This document shows positions 27,001 to 40,200 of a DNA stretch of 64,000 bases, one piece after another; the first letter of the stretch is position 1, and every line of letters starts with the position of its first letter. A model generated the notes under the pieces. That model made no database searches. It was not told the DNA's origin and worked only from the letters and a program-made list of their open reading frames with translations. This stretch comes from Nageia nagi (lineage: Eukaryota; Plantae; Pinophyta): the NCBI GenBank assembly GCA_050084985.1, contig JBITNC010000001.1:74214001-74278000 (forward strand). The letters are read 5' to 3'. Both the position numbers and the translations under genes were made by a program.

Positions 27001-30000
27001 TGTGCCAAGATATTTTCTTTTGGTTATCAGGATATACTTAGAATGGATCCCAACATAGTGGTCCATAATATCATCACTCATTGAGTGCCAAGCATTCAAG
27101 TAAAATCTTCGAAAGGTCAATCTAAATCAATCACTTTAGATCAAGGATGACCTTCAGAAGATCTTAGATGCCAAATTTATTTTCCCTAAAGATTAACCAT
27201 AATGGGTGCCTAACATTGTTCCTATTGATAAGAATAAAGTTTGCATTAGGGTATGCATGGAATTTAGGTATCTCGATATGGCATATCCCAAGGATGATTT
27301 TCCATTTCCCAACATTTACACTTTAGGGGATAATACAATGATATATGAGATGTTATCATGGATGGTTTCTTAGGTTACAATTAGATTTGGGTTGCTCCTC
27401 AAGATCAACACAAGACTACATTTACTACATTATGGGTGATTTTATGTTATAAGGTTATGCTATTTGGAATCAAGAATATCATTGCCACATATTAGTGTTT
27501 CATCACTTATGTGTTGCATGATATAATACATGATATTTTGGAGGATTATATAGTTGATTTGTTGGCAAAGTCTAGAACTTAAAATTAGCATTGGGAAGTG
27601 TTAGAGAGTATTTGAGAGAGTGATCAAATATAATATCTAATTAAATCCTAAGAAATGTATTTAGGGTTCATCATTTCCAAAAGAGGTATAGAGGTTGATA
27701 CTAAGAAAGTGACTGTTATCACTAACATACCTTCATCTCATAATGTTAAATTGCTAAGAAGCCTTAAAGGTAATATCTAAGACACTAGAAGATTTGTAGC
27801 TCACTTTTTAGATAATTATATACCATCCAATGAGCTCCCTAAGAAGGATGTAGATTTTAAATGGGGTGAGAGTTTTCAATGAGCTTTCGATGATATCATG
27901 CAATATCTACTTAATCCCCTAGTCCTTATTCCTCTAAAGCATGATATTTCTTTCCATTTATATCTTTCATCTACTAATGTTTCCCTAGGATTCATGTTAA
28001 CCCAGAAGAACAAGCAAGAACAAGAGAAAGCTATCTATTACCTTATTCATATACTTGTTAATTATGAGCTTAGCTATGTTTACATCAAAAAGGTTTGCCT
28101 TGAAGTAGTCTTTACAAGTAAGGAACGAAGATAATACATGTGAAATTACACCACTTATGTGATTTTTAGATTTGATCCACCAAATTATATGATGAGAAAA
28201 TCATACTATAATATGCACACTAGAAAATAGATCATGTTCCTTTCAGAGTTTAACTTAGTTTTTATCATCTAGAAATTAGTCAAAAGTTAGGTTATAGTAG
28301 ATCAATTGGTTGAGGTACCCATTCATGATAATACTTCTCTTGATATTACCCTCCTTGATGATTAAATGTTTAATATTGATGAAATAAAGTAAGTAGTAGA
28401 TACCCAAGGGGAATACAATGTTACTATGTATGTGATAGGTTGAGATGTGAATAAGGGGGAGGGGCTGAACTTATCTTCTTCACCCTAGGGGGTCCCTATC
28501 CCATATTCTTTCAAAATTGATTTTGCATGTACTAATAATAATGTAGAGTATGAGGAAATGTTGTTGGGTATTAGAGCAACCTTCGAGTTAAAGTTCAAAA
28601 GACTTCTCATTTGTGAAGACTCTCAATTGGTTGTTAATTATATTATGGAGGTATCCTAGTGTCATAATGAGCTTATTAAGGTTTATCAAGATATGGTATT
28701 GAGATTACTTAAATGGTTCCATTCATATAAAATCTAGGTAATCCCTCAAAATATTAGGGATTTGATCTTATATGATAATTTGTACCTCCCTCTTTAGGAA
28801 ATCATAAGTTCATTATAACCATAATGGAGTACTTCACCAAGTGGGTCAAGGTTGAGCCACTTGTGTCAACCATGGGTCTTCAAATTGCCAACTTCATTGA
28901 TAATCATATTATATATAGGTTTTGCATTTTGCACAATATCATATCAAATAATGGGATATATTTTAAGAATCAAAATGTGAGAACATTATGTAATGGTTAT
29001 AATATTCAACATTCCATCTCTACATCTTATTATACCTAGGGTAATGATTAGGTAGAAGCATCCAATAGAACCATTATCATGATTGGGAAAAAGATGGTCA
29101 ATGATAATCATAAGAATTGGTCTAAGTATCTCCCATATGCCTTATGGGCTTATCCTACCAGTATTATGATACCTACAGGGATCATCCCCTTTTCATCAGT
29201 ATACAATACAAAATGAGTTAGGCCACTTGAGTTAGAGATTCCATCTTTGAGAGTTTAACTTTAGGGTCTCATTCCAAATGAGGAGGCCATACAAGCCTCT
29301 TTAGATCATCTTATCCTTCTTTATGAGATACATGTCAATGTTATTGAACATCACAAAGTCTATCAAGAAAGTTTGAAGCGTATGTACAACAAGAAGGTCA
29401 AACCTAGAGAGTTCAAGATTGGTAACTTAGTAATTAAAGAGTCAACAATAGTCACATATTGAGTGGTCTCTTTGAGAAAATTTTACATGAAATTGGTTAG
29501 GGCCTTACATTGCAATAAGAAGTTCAAAATAGGCCCCTACCATCTTTCACATTTAGAAGTATGGGAAGAGCTTGATCCTATTAACATCATCCATCTTCAT
29601 CTATTCTATACTTAGTCTTTGCCCTATGTGTTCCTGTATGTTTGTATTTGATTGTTGGTTGTTGTTTATTTAATCTTGCAAGGATTTTTTTATAATTGCT
29701 TTATTTTTTCTAGCATATCATCTTGATCTAATCATTCATGTACTTTATGCTAAGTTATGAAGGGTGTCTTATGTGTAGTCATTCCCTTGGGCTTATATGT
29801 TGTACCACCTGGTCCTATCTTGTTACTTTATTTTATTTTTGATCATGTCCCTTGGAGTTGATACTCTAATGCTTCTCCACTTTTTAGTGTCACCCTACCT
29901 ATTTGGTGTGTATGAAAACCACAAGTCACTCATCTCCCTATCACTTGTTAGTCCTTGTATCATGGCATCTTCTCGTCACTTATCATCACTTTACATTTAT

Positions 30001-33000
30001 CATGCTAGTTTTCACTACTCTTGGTCCTCATGTAGGTTGATATTATTAGACATTATTTTTGTTCTATGATGAACCAAGCAAAGTATTGAACATGAGTGGA
30101 AGTCAATATCAAAATAACCTAGATCGATCAAGTTGCTATTTTCATTGATGCTTTATTTTTCTTTCATTTACTTTTGTGTTATTAGCCTTGTTTGATGTGT
30201 CAATTCCATTGCATCTTAATCATGCAAGGTCCACATAAATGATATTTTTGCATGTTTTTCTATGTCATTTATCATAATATAAGATCCATAATTTATTTAT
30301 GATGACAAAACCACTTATGTATCACTCAAAATATTGGGTTTCCTTAAAATCATTCCCTTGCGATAGATCATATATGATAAACTAGCATGATTTCTAAGGG
30401 GAAAACCATACAAGATTATCATGACTTGTGATATAGGTGAATGTGCATTGATACCATGTTATTTGTCCCCATCATTTGTGGGCATTTTTTCCATATAGAT
30501 TTTACTTGACCATTATTTATATCTTTTATATTCATTTGAGGTTATATTTTTTATCGCTTTATTCCTTTATCGCACTTAATTCTTTTTTATCATATTTGCA
30601 ACCTTTATCATTCTATCATAATTGCATTTCATTTAGCTTTCAAAAACTTATGTAACCATATCAATTTGGTAAATGATTCATTTCCCTAGTTTCACATTCA
30701 TACTAGTATTTCAAGAAAGTTAGTTTTATCCATGTCGAATCACATCTTAACCATATGTTTTAGGTCCAAAGTAGGCTTGTTGCACATGTATGCATGATGG
30801 CCCTAGCAAACTACCCTATGTCATATTATGATCCTAAATTGTAAATTATTCATATCTTACCTCATTAGGTCCTACCATATCATACCATACCATTTTGAGT
30901 CATTTTGTAACCATCTCTTTATCCATTTTGCTTTTGAGATGAAGGTCCTAAAATTTGGTACCTTAAAACATTGGCTTTGATTTCATAATTTTAAAAATAG
31001 CAAACTATGTCTATTTCTAAATTTGTTACCTTTTAGCTTATCATTGATCAAAATTCAATCAAATTATGAATTTTCTTAGCCCAACTCCATTATTTTTCTA
31101 GTTTTTGCAAACCATTTTGTAGGGCTACTTGGAATAGTGCACTTTCAATGAGCATTGAAAGCTTATCATCTTGGGTCAAATAACCTTCTATTTTAGTTTT
31201 GCAAATTGGACAAATGAATTCTATTTCTTAATCCATTTGATCTTGCTATTATAATGAATTACATCTATCATATCATCAAGCTATTTTGTCAAATCATCAT
31301 CCTTATTCCCAATTATTGTCCATCAAAGTTGACAATTTTTTACTTTTTCAAAAGTGTTAATTTCACAATTGTCTTGTTTTGGCCCATTTTGGCTACATCT
31401 AGGTATCATTTTAGAATGATTATTTCTTGATTTTGGGATGATTGGCATAAATACAATACTTAAGAGGTGTCCTTGGGGCAATTATCCTACCTCATTTTAT
31501 GCACTATTGTGGAAAAGTTTTGGTAACATGCCAACTTGTTTTGTTAACAATGTACATGCTGATCATTATTATGGGTTCATTTTGTAGCTCTTATTATCAT
31601 TTTGGATCTTCTACATATTTTACTACTATAATTCATTTTATTATTTTAACATAAATAAGTTTATTTTATTGCTTCTCATTTGTCTTATCATGTCCTTATT
31701 TTGTGTCATGATTTTATTATCTCTTCTTAGTTGTTTATGATCAAGTAGGTTAATTACTATATTATATATCATCTTTTTCTTTTCATACTTATTTATATTT
31801 TATCATTACATATTGCCCCTTTATTATTTTTCAGACATTTTTATCTTTATTTTTATTATCCTTTATCACTGTCAATTATTGTTACTTTGGCTTGGTTAGT
31901 CCCTTTTATTATCTTTTCTTATCTTGTTATAACTTTTATTATGGTCTATTTAATTTTATCTTCAATTTTGATTTATCCTTGTGTGATTAAACATACATAT
32001 TATTTTATAGTGTGTGATTATACATATAGGTTCATATAGTCTATTTACCATTACATTTTTATGTGTGTACATTTAGGGTTCATTATATATACATTCATTC
32101 ATAAGTGATCATCCATACATATATGCATATATTGTATCTTAAACATAAGAACATCCATGAGTACATACATACATCGGTACATAAATGAATCCATAAACCA
32201 TTCATAAATATAGTCAAAGAATATATCATATATATAACATCATATCATAAATGTATATCCATACATCATATCTACCGTATGTGTAACATATACAAAATCA
32301 TATATGAATATCCATAGTCTTGCATATACATTATCAAATCTTAAAAATGTACAATGTCATGCATCATAGGGTTCCAAAAGTGTAAATGGTTTGGTCATAT
32401 ACATACCTAGGGTGTGGGGTCATCCTACCATTGAAACTTGCTAGGGGAAGGAATGATCTCCCCCTTACCCTCATCCTATGCCCCTAGGAAGTTCTCTCTC
32501 CAACTATTATGCTCTATTCACCTAAGGGAGAAAACCTAAATAATATACCACCACCATGTGAGTTGTAATATCTCATAAGCCCTCTAGCATTAGTCCCTAT
32601 CCCTATCTCTTCATCTATTGTTATCATTTTATAAGCATCCCTCCTCTACTCAATGTGAGCTGCCTCATGAAGTACCCCTCATTCCATTAAGATTTGGTAA
32701 CACTTTGGATGATATGCTTTGAGCTATGGATTTTATATGAGATATATCATGATTAATGGGGACTAGTACATCTTCTATAAGTAGGTGATGCCATACCTAG
32801 ATCCTCATCATCACATGATTAGCATCATCTAAGACCAATCATAGGTGCTACTACAAATCTACCTATCATAAGGGGCTTCATGCTCCTGACCCTACCCTTA
32901 TGCTTGTTAGTTATGCCTTGATCTAGGTTTCCATATCATCCACCTCCCAAGATTTTCCCAATCCCAATTCCATGAGTATTTCCTCTACCTACATACATAG

Positions 33001-33400
33001 CTCAGCACTAGGGCCCACTCATCCCTTATCCTATGATCTAAGCACATCTTCATCTTTGACTTCTACTATGAACACTACTAGAAGTATCTTCATCTCTCTT
33101 AGTAGTATCTCAAGCTATCCCTAGGATGCTCCTAGCTATCTCTTTATCATAGCTTTCATGGCTTGTTCCATCATTATATGACTCTCTACTACTAGCTGTA
33201 AAACATAATTTGCTATGAGTTGTGCATGCATAGCATCTAACTATTGCTATAGAGAATCCTTCTCTCCATGGTACTACACCACTTGCTCATTTATGGTTGG
33301 CTCGAATATTAGCTCTAGTATCTCCTAGGGGTGCCACTCAAGGATCCTAAACTCGATCTTCCCCTCCCTCTACTGCAACTTCTCTTATTTTTTTAGTCCC

Positions 33401-33721
33401 TGTTAGGTCCCTATACATTATTATTGTTAGGTCGGCTATGGTTATTATTATTTCCTTACATTATTATTGTTATGTCGGCTAGTGTCCTTTCATTGTAGTG
33501 GCACCCCTTGGACTCCTATATATACTAAGGAGGTATTATCATTTGAAGATGTCTATTGTTGTGTAATTGATGTGATGTAAAGGAGGTTGCCCCCTCGAAG
33601 TGGCTTATTACAAAGGAGGTTGCCCCCTCGAAGTGGCTTATTACAGATTTTATCTCTTATTCAATGCGTTGAGCTCTCTCTTTGGTGATTTTATGCTATT
33701 TTGGGAACTTTGTTCATAACA
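33401..33721 (+). repeat. 5' LTR with an internal 33-bp tandem duplication
   Basis: Matches 35575-35895. aaaggaggttgccccctcgaagtggcttattac occurs twice. TATA-like ctatatata at ~33516. Confidence 0.97.
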
Positions 33722-33723
33722 TT

Positions 33724-33735
33724 TGGTACCAGAGC
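33724..33735 (+). promoter_or_regulatory. Primer binding site, tRNA-iMet type
   Basis: tggtaccagagc 2 nt after the LTR; differs by one base from canonical tggtatcagagc. Confidence 0.85.
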
Positions 33736-34618
33736 AGACGATTCTAGGGTTTCAAGGCTCAAAACTAGTCATCGTGGAATTTTCGCTACCAATTTTTTTT
33801 CGTGAGGATTTAGATTCTGAAATTTATTGGGTTTTTAGAAGACATACCGAAGAAGTTACAGTTCAAATTTCAGAATCTACTTCGCTATATTTTTCGAGTT
33901 ACACTCAGGGGAAGTTAAGGTTTATGACTAGTCTCAAAAGCAAGTCGGAAACAGGTGTTCTAGCTAAAAAGGGTATATCTGAAGTTTTACAGCTCTAAAA
34001 TAGGTGAGACCTATTGGATTCGTTAGGTTACAAATTGAAGTTTATCTGTTACAATTTTCAAGGTCTAAGAATAAACAGGTAACACAAGGCACTTCGTACA
34101 AGTTCACTCTTCTAAAAAATCCAAAAATCAGCACATCTTGGGAAAATTGCAGTCATTTCCTCTTGGACTATCAGAATTTGACGAAATCTGTGGCATTGAA
34201 AAGAAGACATCTGAGGCTACCATAGGTATAAATTTCAGACTCTAAAGGGCCGAAATTTCATATTTACATCAGTTGGAAGGTTGGATAATAGAATAGTCTC
34301 CAAATCACGATTTAAAAAGGAGCTGTCGTTACTTTGCCAGCACTGCATCCCGAGGAATTGTGGTCTCCTACAACGTACTCGCAGTATATCGCTTAGGCCA
34401 CTGTTGGATTCTCTCACGTACCTTTGAGTATATAGAGAGGCCATCATGCTCATGCACGTACATGGTATATAGAGAGGTCCTTTAGGATTCCCTCATGTAC
34501 CGCGAGTATATTAGCAAGGGCCCTTTTCGAACGGTTGTGCATTAGACAGCACTAGCACAGAATTGAGCTCCCACGTACCTGGCGTATATAGGGAGACCCC
34601 CTAGAATACTTAGTCAAA

Positions 34619-35545
34619 ATGCCACCGAAAAAAATTGCTAAACCAACTAGACCTCTAGAGGGTTCATCCATGACTATAGCAGAAAGTGAAGACATATTCT
34701 TTCGAATATCCCAAGTGGAAGAATTGGTTAAAGAGTGTGTAAAAAAGGGTGATATGGAGGAATTAAAAAGGGATTTGACAAAAGAGTTGGCGACTAAAAT
34801 GGATCAATATATGGAAAATATTTTTCAACTCATACAAAACCCAGAGGGAAAGATTCCTAAAGATGTTGATATGGCCCAGGGTTATCAGGAAAATAATAAT
34901 ATTATTCAAGGAGATAAACCCTTCATTAATAAGCCTAATTCAGGAGGATATGCTTCTACTGATGGAAGTAATCAAGCATGGTTCTCAAGGGGAATCCAAA
35001 TCCCCAAGATCGACATGAGGAAGTTTGATGGAAGGGACCCCATCACTTGGATATTTCAAATGGAGCACTTTTTTGATCTACACCAAGTACCAGCATCACA
35101 AAAAGTAACTATTGCATCCTTGTATCTAGAGCCTGAGCAGGTTGTATGGTACCAATGGCTTTGTGAACGTAAAAAGGGTTCTATTATATCTTGGTCCATT
35201 TTTACAGAGGAACTGATAGCCTACCATGAGGAGGTTAAGAATAATTCCTTCTTTACTCAATTGATAAATCTAAGGCAAGAAGGTTCAGTGATGGAGCACA
35301 TTCAACAATTTCAAAAGTTGAGTCTTAGAGTGAAGGATATACCAGATGATAGATTGTTGGATCTCTTTATGGGAATATTAAAGGATAAAATTCAACATGA
35401 GGTGCATCTATTTGAACCAACATCCTTAGAGATGGCTTTCAGGATGGCAAGGAAGGTTGAAAGTAAAAATATGGCAATGGCGGAATATTCCACATGGGAA
35501 GATGAGAAATTTCTACAGAAGCATCCAGAACTACTAAAATGTTGA
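34619..35545 (+). CDS. gag: Retrotransposon Gag (coiled coil plus capsid) fused to a chromodomain C-terminal tail, 308 aa
   Basis: PKIDMRKFDGRDPITWIFQMEHFF, LRQEGSVMEHIQQF (major homology region), EPTSLEMAFRMARKVE, then directly AEYSTWEDEKFLQKHPELLKC*. No CCHC zinc knuckle. Confidence 0.92.
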   Translation: MPPKKIAKPTRPLEGSSMTIAESEDIFFRISQVEELVKECVKKGDMEELKRDLTKELATKMDQYMENIFQLIQNPEGKIPKDVDMAQGYQENNNIIQGDKPFINKPNSGGYASTDGSNQAWFSRGIQIPKIDMRKFDGRDPITWIFQMEHFFDLHQVPASQKVTIASLYLEPEQVVWYQWLCERKKGSIISWSIFTEELIAYHEEVKNNSFFTQLINLRQEGSVMEHIQQFQKLSLRVKDIPDDRLLDLFMGILKDKIQHEVHLFEPTSLEMAFRMARKVESKNMAMAEYSTWEDEKFLQKHPELLKC

Positions 35546-35560
35546 GGACAACATTTTTTT

Positions 35561-35574
35561 GAAGGAGAGGGGCA
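35561..35574 (+). promoter_or_regulatory. Polypurine tract
   Basis: gaaggagaggggca immediately before the 3' LTR. Confidence 0.9.
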
Positions 35575-35895
35575 TGTTAGGTCCCTATACATTATTATTG
35601 TTAGGTCGGCTATGGTTATTATTATTTCCTTACATTATTATTGTTATGTCGGCTAGTGTCCTTTCATTGTAGTGGCACCCCTTGGACTCCTATATATACT
35701 AAGGAGGTATTATCATTTGAAGATGTCTATTGTTGTGTAATTGATGTGATGTAAAGGAGGTTGCCCCCTCGAAGTGGCTTATTACAAAGGAGGTTGCCCC
35801 CTCGAAGTGGCTTATTACAGATTTTATCTCTTATTCAATGCGTTGAGCTCTCTCTTTGGTGATTTTATGCTATTTTGGGAACTTTGTTCATAACA
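35575..35895 (+). repeat. 3' LTR
   Basis: Matches 33401-33721. Confidence 0.97.
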
Positions 35896-36199
35896 GTCCC
35901 TCCTATGGATCTTATTATACTTTCTAGTTTAGCATATCAATATTTAGGATCCCTTAGTCCTAGAATCCCTCATCCTAACCTCCCTTCTCTTTAGCCTCCT
36001 CATCCTCCTTCTCTCTCCTTGGTCCTCTCTACCATCTGTCATGCATGGAACTATTGGGGGTACTAAGTCCTATCACACTACCATAATATAATTAGGTAGG
36101 ATGCCCCATTATGGGGCCCACTAGGCATCATATGATGGGTCATACCTACATCATCTTCTTTTGTTTGAGTAATAAGCACATACAATGCTCCATCTAGCT

Positions 36200-37250
36200 T
36201 GACATATGTAATCTTAGGCCTCCCTAAGGCCTCCTTATCTATCCTACCATACCATATAGTACTAGATTCAATGATACATATTGCACCAACTTGTACTATC
36301 TTTATACTCTCTTGAATATAAAAATCTTAACATATTTGATATGTTAACCTTTGACATGTTGATTTTGTACCATGTACGCTAGCTACACATCCTACTCCTT
36401 CAAGTGTGGCCTACCAAGAATGACTACCATATCACATCCTGGGAATGTAACCCCACTATTAATTACTGATACCAATCCATGTGTCCCTTTTAGGGATGCC
36501 TCTTGGGCCTCTCTATCTCATGCTCCCAACACCTCATGTATGGGACCTCTCATCTGACCATGGATGGTATATCCCCTATCAAATCATCTAAGTGTACTTC
36601 CATCATTAAGGAGTTTTACCTCCCTAGCCAAATAAGCTCCCAAGCCCACACCTAAAGTAACAATGATGTGCTAACCCCCTTGCCTAACTCAAGTTATCAT
36701 TGTTAGCTCACTATGTATCTGCATCAAAAGGATTGGCCCCCATGCAAACACAATTTGGTATCATATCATCCTAATGATGATACCAAACATATTCTAAGGG
36801 AAGTACAATCCTAAGGAATATGGAAAAATGAATAATGATATTAAGAGCATCACCATAGTTTACTTGCACTTGTGTTGACCATCCTTGTAGTGGGTCTCGA
36901 TGAGAAACTTGACATTTTAAAGGTCCCAATGTCTATAACACTTTCCCATGTATGGACTAATCACCACTCTATTAATGTCCAAAATAATCATCTCTCTCTC
37001 CATAAGGAGTCTAAAGATCCTATAAACATCCTTGTATGTCACCATTATCTCCCCTTTTAGGAGTAAGAATATGCATCGATATAAGTCAAACTTCTCCCTT
37101 AATTTGGTCATGTGCAAGGTATCTCCCATAATAGGGAGTATCCTCACCATTCTAGCTAGCTTGATTTCCTCCAAATAATCCCAATTCTCCTAGATCAACA
37201 TGCCTCAAACCTTAATCCATAAGGGATGAATCTTGTATCTGAGTTTCACC
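36200..37250 (-). pseudogene. Decayed plant mobile domain (PMD) ORF, antisense within the Tat-like element
   Basis: ORF 36917..37174 LREKFD..CIFLLLKGEIMVTYKDVYRIFRL resembles the PMD motif FHLP.GEMTITLEDV. Confidence 0.7.
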
Positions 37251-40200
37251 TAACATAAAATTTTAAATATTTATCATTCATTGTGGTTATTATGCATTAT
37301 CTATGTATATATCAATAATTTTTGTATCTGAGTTTCACTTGATATAAAATTTTAAATCTTTATTAGTCATTATGGTTAGTATGCATTATCTATGTATATA
37401 TCTCATTATTTATCTTTATATTGAATTTGTGTGTCAAAATTTGTCAAGTTGTATACCTACATTAAAATCATCCTTTTTAGGGATGACTTGTAACCCTAGT
37501 TGTTGGCCTATAGATGACTAGGCTAGTGGTGTAGATGATTAACCTAATTGTTTGAGTATTGGATGACTCCTAAATTGGGTCATCTTGGATGCAAATGATT
37601 CATAATTGGTATACATTAAAAAATAATTCCTATGCATGTATATTTTTAAAAAATTACATTTGTACCTCTACTACATAAAATATTTAAATTACATGAGAAG
37701 TACATTCATTTACGCATCATACAACATAAAATCTAAAAAAAATAAAATAAAAAGTGCAATTGATAGTGTTCTCCCCTTTTGGCTTATTTTTATTTCAATC
37801 CTAATTTTCCATTAGGTAGTAGGTTTTATTTTTTGGTGTATCTCAATGGTTTGTTTGATCCATGTAAAATGCCTATTTATGGTGTTTTTTGTTACTAGTG
37901 TTTGAAGTCTTGTTTCATAACCCTAGCTACATGTTTTCTTTGGAACTTGTGTTCACTATAGTCTTTTTCAACCCTATATTAGGATATTTCTCTAAATTAT
38001 AGTCAATTTTTTATACCAATTCTTGCATAATTCATATTCCCCCCCTCAATCCAATCATTCACTATGTTTAAGTATTTCACATTTTTCAAATTTAGCATTT
38101 TTAACATTTGTATACTAGCTTTCCTTATGATTTGCAATAGTAAAGTGGGTGGAAAGTTTTAGTACCTACCTTCTTTATAAGTTACCCCTCCTCTAGTCCA
38201 CTACCACCTCTATGTCTATCTATCACCATGTGTATATGTAAATTGAAAAAAACTCCAAATGGCCAACACTCCAATGTGTTGCTATCTCGTACAATCTTCA
38301 TGCTTAGTCTCTCAATCCAAACCATCACTTTCACCCTTCATGTAAATCATTATTCAGAGCTTAGAGGTCAATATGCATTTTATTATTTTTTAAATGATTT
38401 AAAACCCTACCTTTTGATATTTTTCTTTTTTATTTTCACTTAACTCAGATCATCTTAGTGACCCGAGGTCATCCCAATGATTAGCTTCAACACTAGTCAC
38501 TAGGATGACCTTGCAATCGCTTGAATGATTTGGTCTATGTTGTGTCACTTTGTACACTTTCTATAATTTTCATTATTTCTTGGTTGTTTAGTCAAATTAT
38601 CAAGCATCTTATCTTATCATTCATCATACCTCCCCATTTGAGGGGGAGAGCTTCACACACTATTTCAAACTGATCAAAATTTCATAATTCTTAGTACAAA
38701 CAATTTAACATCATCAAGGATGCCTCATATACATGGTTGAACTTATTACATCATAAGTTTTCATTGGATAATGTTTAGATCAACATGATTGATTGATGAT
38801 CAACATACTTAGACATCATCATGTTTGACTTGGTCACTTTTATCAAGCATCATATGCTTACATGCTACGTTTTAACACTTGGTAGGTATATGAGTGTACA
38901 ATATTTCACCCTTCAACTATTAGAAAAAATAAGAGATCATTATAATTTATTTTATGAGCATCGCATGCCTATGTACTACGATTCAACTCTTGGTAGGTTT
39001 GCAAGCCTACAATCATTTCCCTTCAACTGCTATAGATCTTTTATCACTTTATTCAATCATCACATACCTATGTGCTATGGTCCAATGCTTGGTAGGTCTT
39101 TGAGCATACTATGCTTCCCTTTGAGTGCTAGGGAAAATAAAATTCAAACACCCATCAATAATTGGGGAAAATTAGAGATCATTCCCTTTCATGTTACCCT
39201 TTAACTGATGGGGTAAAGCAAAGATCATTTCCCTTTTTACACTTAGATTAGATAGATTAAAATTTTACTTTATTTTTCTATAGACTACTTGATCCACTTA
39301 TCATATTTTATCACAAGTATTTTTCATAAGATCCAACCCCATCCCATACAACCTATTATGTGCCGAAATAAGACTTCAATGGGTTTTCATAATGTTAGGG
39401 ATGATCTTATATGGCCTATCATGCATCAAGACGAGCTGTAATCTTGATCATTTTTATGTTTTTATATTATGTCATTTGATGATTATTAGTTTATCATTTA
39501 ATAGTTTTTGTACTTATCTTCTCACATGTTTCAAAGCTTAGCATAAAAAGAGGTAATTATAAACACCCTAAAATTGTATTTACATTATTGGCATGGTTTT
39601 ATTAACATTTATGATGTTTATACTATCATGTTTATCTAGCATGTTATAAAACATTCTTGAAAGGTTTTATTAACACCATTTTATCCTTTAAGTCATTTCT
39701 AACACCTTGGTTCCAATTGTTGGACAATTGGCTAATCATTTAGATAATCCTATAAGCCACCTAATCATACGAATGAGCCTATCTAACATCTATAAAAGGT
39801 AATTTAAGCTCACTTTTCAAGGTTATATACACTTATTTATGAGCTCTATAATTATTGTACTTGATTACATGTGATTTTGAGCAAGTGACATCATATTTAA
39901 GGGTTTACCTTATGTTTTTTGCCTCTGTCTTCATGCCTTAGGATCACTTCTCCATACTTTATGGATTGAGGTACCTTATGGTTATTTTAAGAGATTATAT
40001 TATTAATTATTGATTTTATGAGTTATTTCAAGTTTTAGAGCTTAAATAAATCTATATTAAAAACTTGTATCCTCTCTTTCATTGTATATTTATAATTGTA
40101 GTTTTTCATATAAGCATACTTAGGCTAGTTTTCATACTTAGGGTTCCAACCTAGTGTGTAACCCTAAAGGTTATATCTTTAGGGTTTGAAGAATCTTCAT

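Larger units (their letters stand above)
33401..35895 (+). mobile_element. Very young non-autonomous Gag-only LTR retrotransposon (TR-GAG-like chromovirus derivative), 2495 bp
   Basis: 321-bp LTRs with no difference found by eye, TG...CA ends; perfect TSD gtccc (33396-33400 and 35896-35900); PBS, PPT and one intact gag ORF; no pol. Confidence 0.97.

Noticed and set aside
33723-34453. Short ORFs in the leader of the young element
   Set aside because: Two have non-ATG starts (one overlaps the PBS), one is antisense, and none has a recognisable domain.
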